64,000 bases of DNA from Bispira polyomma (taxonomy: Eukaryota): contig OZ287750.1 in NCBI GenBank assembly GCA_965649765.1, forward strand, positions 98,332,001-98,396,000. The letters run 5' to 3'. The translations under genes were made by a program, and so were the position numbers. The stretch's first letter is position 1. Every line of letters begins with the position of its first letter. The notes under the pieces were generated by a model, which saw only the letters and a program-made list of their open reading frames with translations, was not told the DNA's origin and did no database searches. Shown here piece after piece: positions 26,050 through 39,629 of this stretch.

Positions 26050-27250
26050 TATATATAAAGTGATAATACATCCTGTCAAATTATGAGGTGTTATAATGTA
26101 ACATGATATAAAGAACATCAGTCATATAAAAATTCTCTATGTAAACGTCTAGGGATGTTTTTAGTTTTACACAGACAAAGAACAAAAGAGAATGATGTAA
26201 ACTGGGTCATATTGAGAATACAATATCAGTATTTATGTATTACATTAAACCTGCAATATTGATATATGTATAAGTTTCCTTGATCAAACAAGATAATGTG
26301 AAAAATGCTTGACAATTGATATGATGTAATATATATACTGGTACCTTAAAAAAAATGTAGATACCAATGTCTGCAACAGCTTTTATTTAGAACACAGGTT
26401 CCATTCCTGTTTCCCATTTGTAAACAGTTCTTAGAATAATGTCATACTTGATATAATTTACTAGCTGTAAAGAAGCCTCAAGGATTAATACAATATCGTT
26501 ATCACTGTTGATAATAAACACAAGGTAGCTGTACAAAACCTTCATAAAATACTTTTGATATAGCCTTACAGAATCTGGAGATTGCTATTTTCTGCTTCAA
26601 AGACACTTATTGAAAAGAACAACTTGTTTATATATATCTTCATCTTTATAATAATACTATTTTTACTGTATTGTTAGTAATTGTTCCTGCTAAATCAAAT
26701 AAGCTATCAACAAGTTATTTAATTTGTAATTAGATTTATCTACCTTTGTGTGCTATTATAGCACTAATAAACTATTTCTTGACTACCCAAGCGCAACCTC
26801 ACAACAATAACTGAAATTTGTTTCTACTTACACTGTAAGTGCTAAGATACCAGTTATTCATGAAGAAACATTTACTTCTAATTTAAATTCTAGAGGAGAT
26901 TTAATCAACTGTCGAAAGAAGATAGTCTTAGCGACGCCTTTACATATTGAGAAGAATTAAATTTAAGTCATTATGTGGATTTTATATTCATTGTTCTGTA
27001 GACTTTACTGGCCAGCCACATCCTACAACTTAAGCCTTTATTACGGCTGAAACGGAAGGCATAAGCAGTGAAGTTTTTCAATGGACAAAGTTAACTATTT
27101 ACCTCTTTATCCGATCGTTGGATGTTTATTTCACTGAAACCCCATTCGGTCATAATCAATAATGTCATTTTAATGTTGCTATACTTTAATAATTGACATC
27201 ATTGCTGATTATATTGAATATATCATTGATATGCACAGGCGATCTGTCTG
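26050..27250 (-). pseudogene. Decayed LRR segment overlapping the probable 3' UTR of the KCNMB-like gene
   Basis: Minus-strand PLKNF..FSRNKRLKL*DV..SLQNN. Paralogous blocks at ~30800-31790, ~38930-39630 and ~51300-51870. Confidence 0.4.
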
Positions 27251-27309
27251 ACATTTACTCTCTGACTGAAAGCAAGTGATTGGAATTTAATGAACAAATA
27301 AAATAAACT

Positions 27310-28102
27310 CACAGCAGAAGGTAATCAATCCTGTATCCTGTCCACAAATATAAAGTACAATATCAAATCTGGTTGGCGGTTAAGTACCAGTGAATGAAAA
27401 TAGATAAATCGGTACCATAGCCCAGGTGGTGAAGTATACTATTTGATCAAATTAGTGGCGACAGACATTAAAATATACAATTAATAATAGGAGGCGTCAT
27501 CCCTTCTGTTTGTATAAACTGTTTGACCCATTGTATTGTTACCATAACATTAATACATTGACGCTTGTAATGTTCATCCAGTGTGACAATCTGTTGATGT
27601 TTTTGTGGTACTGTTTTCCATTATTGCTTAGTGAAATAATTTGGCTGTAGCATATACACAGTATCTAAATCTGAGTGTACCCATATCCCAAATACACAGT
27701 TTGCGCCTATCTGGGGTATCGGTACAGAATTATAAACCAGGGTGTTTGTCGCAAGCGCCGATAAAATAAATTGAACTGGTTTAGGGTGTTTATCGATGCA
27801 GTTATATTTATAGGAGAAAACAAAAATAAAATAAAGATAGTTATAGGAGTGGCAGTGTCCATTATCTTATAACCATATACATCTGTTGATAGTAAAGTTG
27901 TATCAGGGATTTCGGATATATTCTGTGGAAGGTTGTTGAATTGAGATAACTCCTTATCAAATTAGAAGAGGTTATTATTTAGACTTGCAATTGTATTTTC
28001 AGTTTCAGTTGAGTTTGCTTAGATTAAACCAGGTGGAATTGTAGGTGGAAGAATTAGTATGGTGGTTTGTGGTGTTGAGTTTATATCTTGTAAGGTTGAC
28101 AT
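27310..28102 (-). pseudogene. Possible rhodopsin-family GPCR pseudogene, internally deleted
   Basis: ATG at 28102; N-terminus rich in N-glycosylation sequons (NST, NST, NIS); TM1-like PITIFILFLFSPINITA; TM2-like KPVQFILSALATN after a frameshift; TM7-like HSLVLNRQPDLILYFICG. Several stops. Confidence 0.35.
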
Positions 28103-28479
28103 TTTGTCTTACTTGAAAATTCCTAGATAATACTTTGGCCATTCTAGTGAATATTATCTTGTTGAGAGTTCTTAGATATCTACCTGGTATTTTTAAAATA
28201 ACAGTAGCAAAGTTGCAGATTGGAATAATCTTGAAACATATACTATTACTGTGAAAATTATTACTAAAATAAAAACATTGCTATCAATTTTGAAATATCT
28301 GGTGAACTTTCTTGTTAAACAGCAACAAATCAACAGCAGCAAATCAAGACTGACAGTGATTTGTGAACAATACGAGGTATACTGTGTAGTTGAACTGGAG
28401 CAAAGTCATAACTTTGTGATCGGTTTAATAGGTTTCTTGTGATTCGTTTGAACGATTTGCTATTAGCTTAACATAACTT

Positions 28480-29662
28480 TGTAAGGGTTGTGCATGACTC
28501 AGTAATTTGAGTTCTTCAAAGCCTTAACTAAGTTACTATACCTAACTTGTGTCATTCCTGACTCATTAACCGAGGTATAATAACATTGACATTAGTGAGT
28601 ATAAGCACAGTTAGCAAGTCACCTTGCTAAAATATCTCTTCACAGAGATACTTTAATGTTCTAGTTCAAAATGGAACAGGTATCAGTGGACTTGGATAAA
28701 TTTGAGTAGGAACTAAGGGCAGCTTTCTGTGACTATTTAGGAGAGGATGACTCAAAATTAGCAGACATAGCTCTCTCTTGTAAAGTAGAAGACTTCCAGT
28801 GATGGGATATGGAGAATGAACTTGGTAAATGTTGCCATAGGAAAGATGCGATGGCATTGTCTTTTATTATGCTGGATGTTCATACCTCTCATGTCTCGAG
28901 AGAGGCAAAGGCAGGGATTGATTAGGAAAAAAATAAAGATACATTTCTTCAAACAGTACTCGGGCAAATAGAAGAGGATCTTATTGATGTGAGAAAGGCC
29001 AAAAAGGAAAAACTTCAAGAAATAGGGTTAATTTTAGGTCGGTTGGAAAGGAAGAGGAAGGAATCCGATTTCCTCTCCGAAAAATGCAAAGATCAGGAAG
29101 CCATGATCTTGAAGTTGAAAGCAGTGAACCGAGGGAAGCTCAGCGACGTTGAAGTTGTTACTGGTCCGGGTCAGTTGAAGGGTAGGACGAATGTATTCAA
29201 TTTCCTCTCTGAAAAGTGCAAAGATCAAAAGGTTATGATCCTAAAGTTGAAAGAGGTAAACAAAGAGAAGCTCAGAGAAATTGAAGCTGTTACTGGTAAG
29301 TTAGAGAGGAAGATATAGCTATAGTTTAAATGTTTAAGTATTACATAATGTATCAATATTTTTCAGCATGTAATTGTCATTTCTGGGAAAGGTCACATGT
29401 TGATAAATTATTCAGGTGTTTGGCAAATTACCGGTGTTTTGTAATAACGGGTCTAATGTTATACTTTTGTAAATATGGATCAGTTACAATGTTTAATTGT
29501 CAAAAGAGAATATTAATTATCAGTGATAGAATTGTATGTGTGATATATACTGTATTATTGTATTGTATATTTTGTTAAGGGTTTTTTATCCAGTACCAGT
29601 ACCAGAATAAAGATATGTTAAATCAGGGACTTTGTCAGTGTTGAACCTAACGACCCACTACA
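28480..29662 (+). mobile_element. Putative solo LTR carrying a small repeat-containing ORF
   Basis: Begins TGTAAGGGTTG and ends CGACCCACTACA (imperfect inverted termini); AATAAA at ~29607. No clear TSD. Confidence 0.4.
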
Positions 29663-30438
29663 TTAAATCAAACAATGATTGAATGGACATTACAAAAATC
29701 TTACATATAAACCACAGACCTGTCAAATTAATACGAGGACTCATGCTAGCCACAAAATGACTTCTAATTAGTACAACAATTACCATGAAAGGAGTCTCTA
29801 ATACATTAGTTTCTTGTCACTCTTGTTTGTGGCTAAACAAACTGTAGTAAATGAGGTAGTAATGGGGTAGACAAACAGCTTCACCCCCAGAATAGCCCAT
29901 TACCGCCTCCCTAATTAAATACATACTCACAATAGAAAATTTAGCAAGTGTTAATAGGCTGGCATTTGTGTACGTAAAATGACTGTCTCCTTCCACGCAA
30001 CTAGTTCCTGTCATTCTGAAAAGATTTTTGTTGTCTTGGTGAACAGTCCACCAATTCATGTTGTTGGAAAGTCATAATCTATATCAGAATGAACTTTATT
30101 TAAATTGGAGACATTTTACTGTGTTGTATATTATATCTGATAGATAATTATGAAAATATGATTAAAAAAATTACAATGTAAGACTGAACTAATTTAATAG
30201 TTGGTATTGTTAGTTGTTTGATTTTTAAAACTACATGTTATGTTCAGGTCAAGTTTGATATTGCACTTAAGAATATGCCAATAATGTATGTTAAAAATCC
30301 ACACTTCAATCCACAATCCACAACACACATACAATTATGTTGAGTTCAGGTCATAATGTCAATCCAAGAAGAGAGTCTCCACTTAGAAACAGGCTCTACG
30401 TCTAAAAGGAGATATTCTAGCTACGTTGTCTATTTCAT

Positions 30439-30799
30439 TGCACCCTTCAGGAATGCGGAGACGAGACCTGGAATGACAAAGAAATGCAAAGTTTAAAGGC
30501 CCAGTGGGACAATCCTGGACAGTATGGATCCCATACATCCAGACACTGTGATTCTGACAAGGACATCCTTCTGGTCTAAAACCTAACGTTTTGAGGCCCA
30601 GTGGGGCAATCCTGGACAGTATGGATCCCATACATCCAGACACTGTGATTCGGACAAGGACATCCTTCTGGTCTATGGTACATGCCATACTGTAGCCTTC
30701 TACCTGTTTTTTTGTGGGCATCACTCTGTGGGGGGACTATGCCGTGGATGTTGGAGTCTAGTTAGTGACAATACAACAGCATATTATGAGGTGTTATAG
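30439..30799 (+). pseudogene. Dead duplicate of KCNMB-like exon 2
   Basis: High identity to 25765-26046. Acceptor is CAT instead of CAG, IFPC codons are deleted, and there is a ~97-bp internal tandem duplication (30491-30678). Confidence 0.9.
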
Positions 30800-31939
30800 T
30801 GTTTTATAATTATAGTCATAATACATCCTATCATATTATGTAACATGATATACAGAACATCAGTCATATAAAAAATTCCCTATATAAACGCCTATGGATG
30901 TACACAGTTTTACACAGACAAAAACAAAACGGAAGAAAATTATGTAAACTGGGTCATATTGAGAACACAGTATCAGTATCTATGTTTCATATTAAACCTG
31001 CGGTATTGATATATGTATGTGTTGTTTCCTTGATCAAAGACAATGATAACTAATGCTCGACAATTTTTATGATGTGATATATACAGGTACCTTGAAAAAA
31101 AAACAGTTTAGGAAAAAGCGTCTATAATATGGAATAATGTTATACTTGATTATATATCATTTATTAGCTGTAAGGAAGTCTCAACGATTAATGTTACAGT
31201 TCATAATAAAGCAAAAGAATGGTAGCTGTACAAAACCTTCATAAACGACTTTTGATATACCCTTACAGAATCAGGAGATTGCTATTTTTCAAAGAGAAAA
31301 AAATATGTATATACGCTTTCTTTACTAGCCAAATACAGTTACCCAATAGCAGTAACCGAAATTGGTTTTTTACTTTCACTGTAAATGCTAAAATACCAGT
31401 TATTGATGAAGACACTTTTTGCTTTTAATCAACATTTAGAAGAGATTTAATAATGTATAGAAAAAGGTAGTCCTAGAAAAGCCTTTACACAGTGTGATGA
31501 ATTAAATTTGAGTCACAATGTGGATCCTATATCCATTGATCTGGCCAGACACAGTCTGCAACTAAAGCCTTTATTACAGCTGACAACGTTAGCTGTGAAG
31601 TTAATTTCCATTTATCGAAAAAAAAATTCAGGGAAACTTCATTATTTCCCTCATTATTCTATTGTTAAATGTGCATTCCACTGAAGCCCCCCTTCGAACA
31701 AAATCAGTAATTTTATTTTAATGTTGCTATGGGGTATGCTTGGGTAATTGACAACCTTGCTGATTATACTAAATACACCATTTATATGCTGACAACATTG
31801 TATTTTATTGTATTATGGATTTTTAGAGTGCTTTGTTGATCCAAGGCATTTTCTAGGATAGGCTTTTTCTAAACCAGAAAGGGTTACAAATAAGCACATG
31901 AAATCTGTTGTTTGTCTGGGTGCTTAAACAGACATCTAA

Positions 31940-32541
31940 GCCGTGGTCACACCGAGTATGGTCGCGTTACGAGGATTTTTTCATAAATGGGAGAAAACGA
32001 AGTAAAAAACCATGGAAAAATCGGAAAACGTAGCAAACTCAAATGTATGGGCCGTTTTGTACATATTCAGTGCGCATCTGTACATGTTTGTACATGCATT
32101 CAATATATTTTAATAGTCATTTCAATTATGTTTAACTCGTTAGCCACGTTTTAATGATACGTTACCCTCGTTAGCCACGTTAGCTAACGTTAGAAATCTA
32201 GAAAGACGTTAGCCATGCTTCTAAACTCGTTTCAATCCCCTTCTCCTCGTTTTTAACCTTTGTAAACCCGTTTCATTCTCGTTCTCCTCGTCATTAATAT
32301 TATTTGTAGGTATAGTTCGTTTTACTCTCAAATACGCAATAATCGGCTAAAAATGTAAAAAATTTCGAGCGGTACGAAAATTCAGAAAATAAGAAAACTT
32401 GAGATACCATATTTACTTAAGTTTTCTCATGTTACTTACGTTATTTACGTTTACTACATTTTACTTACGTCCACTACATTTTAGCTTACGTTAGCCATTT
32501 TTTTGTGCGTAAGCAAAACATAAGGGCACTTTGACCATGGC
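31940..32541. mobile_element. Harbinger-type MITE
   Basis: TIRs GCCGTGGTCACA / TTTGACCATGGC, preceded by TAA; CGTT-rich interior. The paralogous site at ~51940-51975 (AACAGACATTTAATCC..) lacks it. Confidence 0.7.
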
Positions 32542-34204
32542 ATTACTGCCTGACTGAATAATTCCAAAAGTGTATTTATAACATTTAATTTTCTTTAAAA
32601 AAACTGAAATTTTTCCATCAACAAAAAAAGCTTAGACTTTAACTGTGTCTCTCTATTTTGCTTTGAGACAAAACTTAAAGACGTTCAAATTAAAACGGAG
32701 TAATTTTCAGTTTTGTTATCTGATTTCTGTTTTCCTCTTTTACCTAAATACTTCTAATGTTCTTACTTTATTCTTACTTTGTTCACTGATAATTACTGTT
32801 GTTTGTCAAAGGCAATAATTATGAATCATCATTCAGTGCTCTTTGATTGTCTTTCTTTTAATACTAATTAATGCTGATCTAACAAGATTCCTGAATGCTA
32901 TGTGACAGGTGCTCTTCAAAGGGAAGATTTTTGAAGTTGATTACTAATACAACATGAGACAAAGTGTTTTGCATGCCTATTTTTTTAAGTGTCTTTTTCT
33001 TATGTATGTAACTTGTATATACATCCATAGCTTCTATACAATTACCATATCCACGTATCCATGACCTTCAGTGAAACAGACATCTTCACCAAAGTTACCA
33101 AATTTATGATTTATTCAAGCAATTAATATAAATACACAAGCTATATAGCAGTAAGTCAATTTTTAAAAGAAGGTCTGTTTAGTAGTATTGTGCAGGCTAT
33201 ATATAAAATCAAAGCAGTATTCTGGTTTGTAGAGGATAATTCTGAGAATGCCAACTTCAAGGATCAGACAGTAACAAGCACAATATTTTCACAATGAAAG
33301 TTGTAAAGATTTCTGCTTCTGCATCAAAGTGAATCTCTGCTGAGACAAAACAGTGCCTCTCTTACTGTGTCATCATTTCTCAAATATAAAAAAAACTGTC
33401 CTTCTTCAGAATTAAATTGATGTTATGTTTTTTATCATACAAATACTGCTGTAATTAATATATCGTAAAATGTTAAAATATCAAATTACATCCAAATATA
33501 ATTTATGTGAGTTTGAGCTGCAGGTTCTTTCTACAACACGAAAATGAACTCGGCTTTACATATCACACATATTTTTCCTTAACCTTATTCTAATCTAGAA
33601 GTGAGGTTTTTTGCTAATGTAGAGAGGGAATTGGTTTCTTTATATACATGAGAGTAACTGTGAACTAGAGCCTGTTGCTTTCATTACAAAGAACATTAGG
33701 ATGCAATTTGCTTTCTGGTGAAGAAACAGCCTCTTGATGCATTATTTTAATTATTTTTGTCAGACAAATGGAAATGAGCTGGTTCTATGTTTGAAAAACA
33801 TTGCTTTGTGTTTCAATTCGTTTTGCAATATAAGCCAGCTTATTTCTTTCAGTTAATGTAACCTTTTACATTTTTTTTTCTCCGTCATTCTGTACAGAAG
33901 GTAAAACTTTGTTTTTAAAAAAGTTCTGCATATGCGATAGATTTCTTGTCTTTCTGACAAATTTGTTTATGTTATTGCAACATCAGCCAGCTTATTTCCT
34001 TTTAGTTACTGTAATTCATTTTTTCTTCATCATTTTGCACAAAAAAATAAAAGCTTGTTTATAATAAAGTCCTACATATCGCATACTTGTTTGTCTTTTT
34101 TAAGAAATTCTGTAATGTAATTAGAAGACTAATATCATACATAAAATTTATCACGTATAACAGAGTTACAGAAGTGTTACAGTTTCAATTGCGTGCCTCC
34201 CATT

Positions 34205-34800
34205 TATGAGGACAATGGAATGCATGCCCTGATAACAAATTATTTCAAATAAGCCCTACTGTTGGAGAATTTAATTTTTGGACGGGTTTATCTCGTAGGG
34301 AAGAAATAGTTACCACTCGAGCCCGTATAGGACACACCTATTTTACTCACAGTTATCTGTTGAAAGGTGAGTATATGCCCTGGTGCATTCCATGTCATTG
34401 TCCCGATACAGTCAGGCATATTTTATTAAACTCTATTGACCTACTTGACATTCAAAGAAAATATTTTAATTCAAATAGTTTAACAAAATTGTTAGATGTA
34501 AATGTAAATAGTGTTTTTAATTATTTAAAAGAAATAAACTTGTTTTATCAATTTTAATACATTGGTATTTCTGGTCATTGTTTTGTGGTTGATTTGTTAC
34601 TTTTGCAGTTATTTATTATATAGTAGTCTCTTTATATTCCAGTCATCGTTTTGTATTTTATTTATATATATATTTATCTGTATGTCTAGTCATTTTGTTC
34701 TGTTTTTGTTTTTATATTCTAGTCATTGTTTGCCTTTTATTTGTGTGTCTTGTCATTTTGTTCTGTTTTATTTATTATTTATTATATTGTAAAAATGTTT
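34205..34800 (+). mobile_element. 3' fragment of an I-group (Nimb/Ingi-like) LINE
   Basis: QW..NKLFQI.P..SRREEIVTTRARIGHTYFTHSYLLKGE..P.CIPC..TVRHIL, followed by a T-rich 3' UTR. Confidence 0.7.
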
Positions 34801-36139
34801 TAGGTGTAGCATAACACCACGGTGTTTATACACCTTAATTTTAATTTACTTTTACTATACTTTATGAGGACAGTGAATGTCACTGGTTACTGTATGTAGG
34901 GATGTATGTGGGGTGCATGCCATAGATTGGTGCTTTCAACAGATCACTGCTACAAATCACTTGTGATATTGTTTTCCTCTACAAAAACAATGTGGCTGCA
35001 ACAATATGACACGGGATGTTGAAAGTTACAAAAAATCAAAACAATACAATAATAAATGGAGTAATATTAAGTATAGCAATTACTACAACATATAATCCTC
35101 TAAAATAATAAAATTATCATTAATTATAACATGTAATTTTTAAGATATAAATCTTTAAAATATGACGTTGTAATAATATTACTGCACTAAGTATTCAGTT
35201 ATTAAAACAAAAAACATGCTTAGGAATTTAGCTACCTCCCTGCAATACAGACAGAAGCTTGATCTATTAGACTTTTGCGACAGTGTTTTCAATCAATGAC
35301 CATCATTCCAAGGGAAGGGAGGGGGTATATCTTAAAGACATAAACAGTCAGATATCTGACTGCTGCATGTGCTGAATCACTAAAGATTTTTACTGTGGTA
35401 GTAACGTATGCAACCACTAAACCTGCACATCAAATGTCTGAAGAGATCAGTTATGTTGTGACAGTCTATAGTGTATTCTGTTCTATCAACCATTTGTTAG
35501 ACTTATAAGTAAATAATAAAATAATCTCTTTTTGTATTCTGCTTTAAAAAAGGAGGTAAGCTGACATTGTAATCAGAGTCAAATTACTGCTACCATATAT
35601 ACAAGATTACATGTTTTGTCCAAAAGAGAGAATATTTATCATTTAGTGAAGAACTTTAATGGAACTTGTTGTCATGGTACTCTAACATATAATTATTGCC
35701 TGCACTTAATTGAATTCTCCAATGTCTGAGTTTCTTTACAACTTTACCCCACATGAATATAGATTTGGCAAATACACTAAACACTAGTATTCTAGGTGTA
35801 CGTGATGTGAATATGAGAAGTAATAAAATCACTCCAAGACGTTATTAACTTAACATTCAGTGTGATAGAGGCCCACTATTTCTGTATATGAGTGATAAAA
35901 AATATATTTCTGAGAACAGTTTGTGAATTGATTTCCACCAATTATTGCTATTAGTCATTAATTCATGCAACAGTAAAGCCAGTAGAAAATGTTGACTGGC
36001 AATTATGCACTGTATGGCGGTGACGTTTCTCGATTAGTGTTTAATCCCAGAAGAGTAATTGAAATGCCTCTGTAAGAAGTAGCACATCATCCACATCAAA
36101 GTGTGTCTCCTTCTACATGACGAGATGAAGTATTAATAT

Positions 36140-36640
36140 GCATATTTAACACGCTTTATTGATGCTGAGCATTATCCAAACCACAACAGCAGAATCAGTG
36201 ATCCAATCGGTTAGTCCATGGGCTAGCAAGGTCATGAGGAAAGATGTGTGAGTGTAGAGGAGGGAACTAGGATGAGTAGGCAAAGTTAGAAAAGATAGAT
36301 TTTGAGCTTTTTTCTAAAACCAATAAGTGTATCTAGTTATCTGAGGTCAACTTGAAGACTGTTCCATAACAAGGTAGCTGCAATGGAGAAAGCTTTGGAT
36401 CCAGCCTTCCTGATGGGTTTAACATTAGAAGCACAGAGAGTCTATTCCCTCTTTTTATGCTACTGAAAGAGAAAAGGGAAGCAAGGTAGGAGGTTGAGTG
36501 ACTACAGCTTTGAATGTGGTAACGTGAATTTTGAAAAAAATTCTATAATGGATGGAAAGTGTTGTTTTTTGAGGAATGGAGCGACATCGGTGAGACTGCC
36601 CAAGCGAACAATCACCCTGCATAAGTAGTTATGAATGGAC
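36140..36640 (-). mobile_element. L2 LINE 3' fragment, same family as 405-1931
   Basis: CGCTTTATTGATGCT..CAACAGCAGAATC tail and the QNYLCRVI.RLG..TDV.P.LKK-like translation match 425-930. Confidence 0.85.
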
Positions 36641-38313
36641 TTATTAAACCTAATCATTGAATTATTACAGCAGGTCTTTCCTAACATGGTATAAAAATAA
36701 ATTAGGTAATTCATTTGTGTACCACGACATTTCTTTGCTGTGGTAAATGTTACATTTTACAGCCTAGGAGTAAGATAATAGAAAAATTCTAACTTTACGT
36801 TTGTATCTCTCACTGGCTGTAAAAATATAGAATAGCATCACTACTTTTATTCAGACTGGTTGCCCCTATTGAGTCATATCATCAACTACCTATCTAAGTA
36901 TTGCAGTATTGAATTAGAGGTGTAAATAAGCAATAGTTTACCCTAAAGAATTGTATAGACATAATATTGCAAAGTAGAAATTGTTACTAAAATTAGCTTT
37001 AGTGTTGTTTTTACAAAATGAACTTTGACAAGTAATTTCAATTAAAAACGTAAAATCTATGTATTGAAAACAGGTGGAAAGGATTAAAATAGCAAAAGGT
37101 GACATTTGGTTGTTGCTTTAGTTTCAGGTTATACATTCTCGCCTTAGGGCGTTTTAGTAGGAAAAAGCCAGGCAAGTTGTATTTGATACCCCTGTACACT
37201 TTTTTTAGTCCAGTTATCAGTGTTGAAACCCATCAGCCTAAAATCCTTTATTTTCTAATAAACCACAGAATGTGCCCGCAGATTTTCTTTTTAAGGTTAA
37301 GATTTATCTTTTCGGTCCTCTTGACTTGTATATTAAATTTTTACATTCAAATTTATGCAAATTTTCCTGCCCTTTTTATCAAAAATGTATCCCGAGTGAC
37401 TAAGATAATACAATCGACCCCTCTCCCTGACTAGTCTTGATAGTCGAACATTACCACAAGCAATATTAGATTTACCCATTTCCCCATCATAGTGCATCAA
37501 CAAACAAATTAAATTTCAAGACAAATCTACAATTTTTCACTAAACATAAAAGTTTGAGAGTAAACATGTAGCTTGTGCTTACAATTTAAAAAATTAGATT
37601 AAAAGTGATTAGTTAGTTTTTAGGATAAGTGAACTTATTTTCAAGGTTTCCAAAAATCAGGAATTTAAATATTAATATGTTGTGGACACTTCACTCTGTT
37701 GTATAATATATCTGGTTTCTGGTTAAAAAAATCTTATGTGATTTAAATAAGTACAATTACAGGTTGAATATATGTTTAATAGTTCTTATAACAAGTTTCA
37801 ATCATATGTTCATATTACTTAGAGATGTTTTTCAAATTATCCCTTTGTTTTATCGATTTTAATATTTCACGTTAGACAATAGAAGTCAAATTGTAAACAA
37901 ATTATCAGTAACCATGTCCTACATTGAAACCTCCAGTGGTGACTTTTGAATGTACTATTCCCTTGGCAAAACAGGGTGTGAATGTAAATTAACATTTGAC
38001 TGGCAATTGGTATGATGGGTTGTATAAGTAATATACACTAGTACTATAACTAAAACCAACAGTGTCAAAGTCACTGCATAACAAAAGGATGGCTCGTCAG
38101 TCGCTAAACATATCACCTTTACGGTAATTTGTTGACAAGTATTTGTTGTTATTGTCGCTAAGCAGAAGTATTTACGGGCAAGGGTATTTGTCGCCCTTTT
38201 TCATAACTAGCTTCGAAATTGAACAAGAAGGAAGCACAAACTTTTAATTTCCACATCTACCTCCCAAATGCAAAGAATTCAGAACAAACTAGTGAAATTA
38301 TCAAAACTAGACA

Positions 38314-38510
38314 ACTAGAACACCCATGGGCCACTACTATAAAGTTCGAACCCAGATCCGTGTGGTGCTGGTCCCCGGCCCTCAAATACCTCCTGGTGTG
38401 GGCTACCGGGGATTAAAGCTCTGCAGCTGGGGACCTTCACTGCTAGGCGATTAGGTGCCGCAGGACCGGGGTTCCAACTGTAGTAGAGGCTTTCCCAGAG
38501 CTGATAATTC
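38314..38510. repeat. Short dispersed element with back-to-back tRNA-like halves (second copy)
   Basis: GTTCGAACCC near the left end, GGGGTTCCAAC near the right end. Homologous to 21104-21280. Confidence 0.45.
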
Positions 38511-39629
38511 AGCAGTAGTCGAAATTATCAATTGGAAATCATGGACATTAGGAACAAGGAGAATGATACTAAAACAAATAATATATGGTGATATATATAT
38601 ATATATATGTACAGTTACCTATAATTGTAAAGGAATTTAAAAAAAAGGAAGGCTGATACATGATGGCCAATTTACACACTTCAAATAATAGAGGTTGTCA
38701 AAGGGTTTTTAAGGCTGATATATAATAGCCAAGTTTTGCTGGAAAAATTGCTAGTGTTCAGACGTCTGTATTAACACGGTGGTTTTTATGGTAACAAACA
38801 TTCTACTGCCATAGTGGCATTTTAAAAATTTTAAATAGTAAAATTGTTCTGTATAGTTGTACAAAATTTGTAAAACTGTAAATAAATATGACTCCAAACA
38901 GCATCTGCAATTTTCATATGAATACATATCATACACTTCACATATAAGAGAACATTATAGTTTTAGAGCCTGTGGATGGAAGTGTCTACTGAAGCATTAC
39001 TTTAGAACAGTTTTCCATTCGTAAACAGTTTTTGGAGCAATACCATACTTGATGATATGACTTACCAGCTGAACATAAGCCTCCAAAGTTAAGTGGATCT
39101 CACTATTATTGATGATATTGGACACACAGAACAATTAATCAATAATGATGAATAATGACTGAATATTTTAATGCAAACTTATCTGTAGCTATCAGCACAG
39201 AGAAAAGTATAGTGTGAAAAAACTAAGTTTGAACACATGCCCTCACTATAATTTCTAACACATATTTTTTTGTTGTCCTCAATTTCACCTTTACTGTAAA
39301 TGCTAGTGTTTGACGATTTACTTATATTTGCAGGTGGTTGATGTGTAGAAAGAAAGCATTCATATGTGAAGCACAATGAGGCTGCACAATTAGGATCTCA
39401 CAGAGTGTATCATATTTATTAATCTGTGAACTTAACTGACCATACACAATCAACAGCCTAAGCATATATCACAGAAGGAGCAGAAAGCCTTAGCTGTGCC
39501 GTTAGTGGCTTTTTGGGTGGATTCATCATTTACCTTCTTTTACTATCTTCAGTTATTCAGTTCACTAAACTCCCTTGGTTTAAATCAGTAATGGTGTCTT
39601 TCTAATGTTGGCTAAGGATGATGCTGCAG

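Larger units (their letters stand above)
29750..34140 (-). pseudogene. Decayed LRR/TLR-like paralog (tandem-duplication unit)
   Basis: LKEISWLILQNELKH..SNVFQT*NQLISICL at 33762-33852. 29780-31790 aligns with 25100-27250, and 33530-34140 aligns with 18400-18900. Confidence 0.5.
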
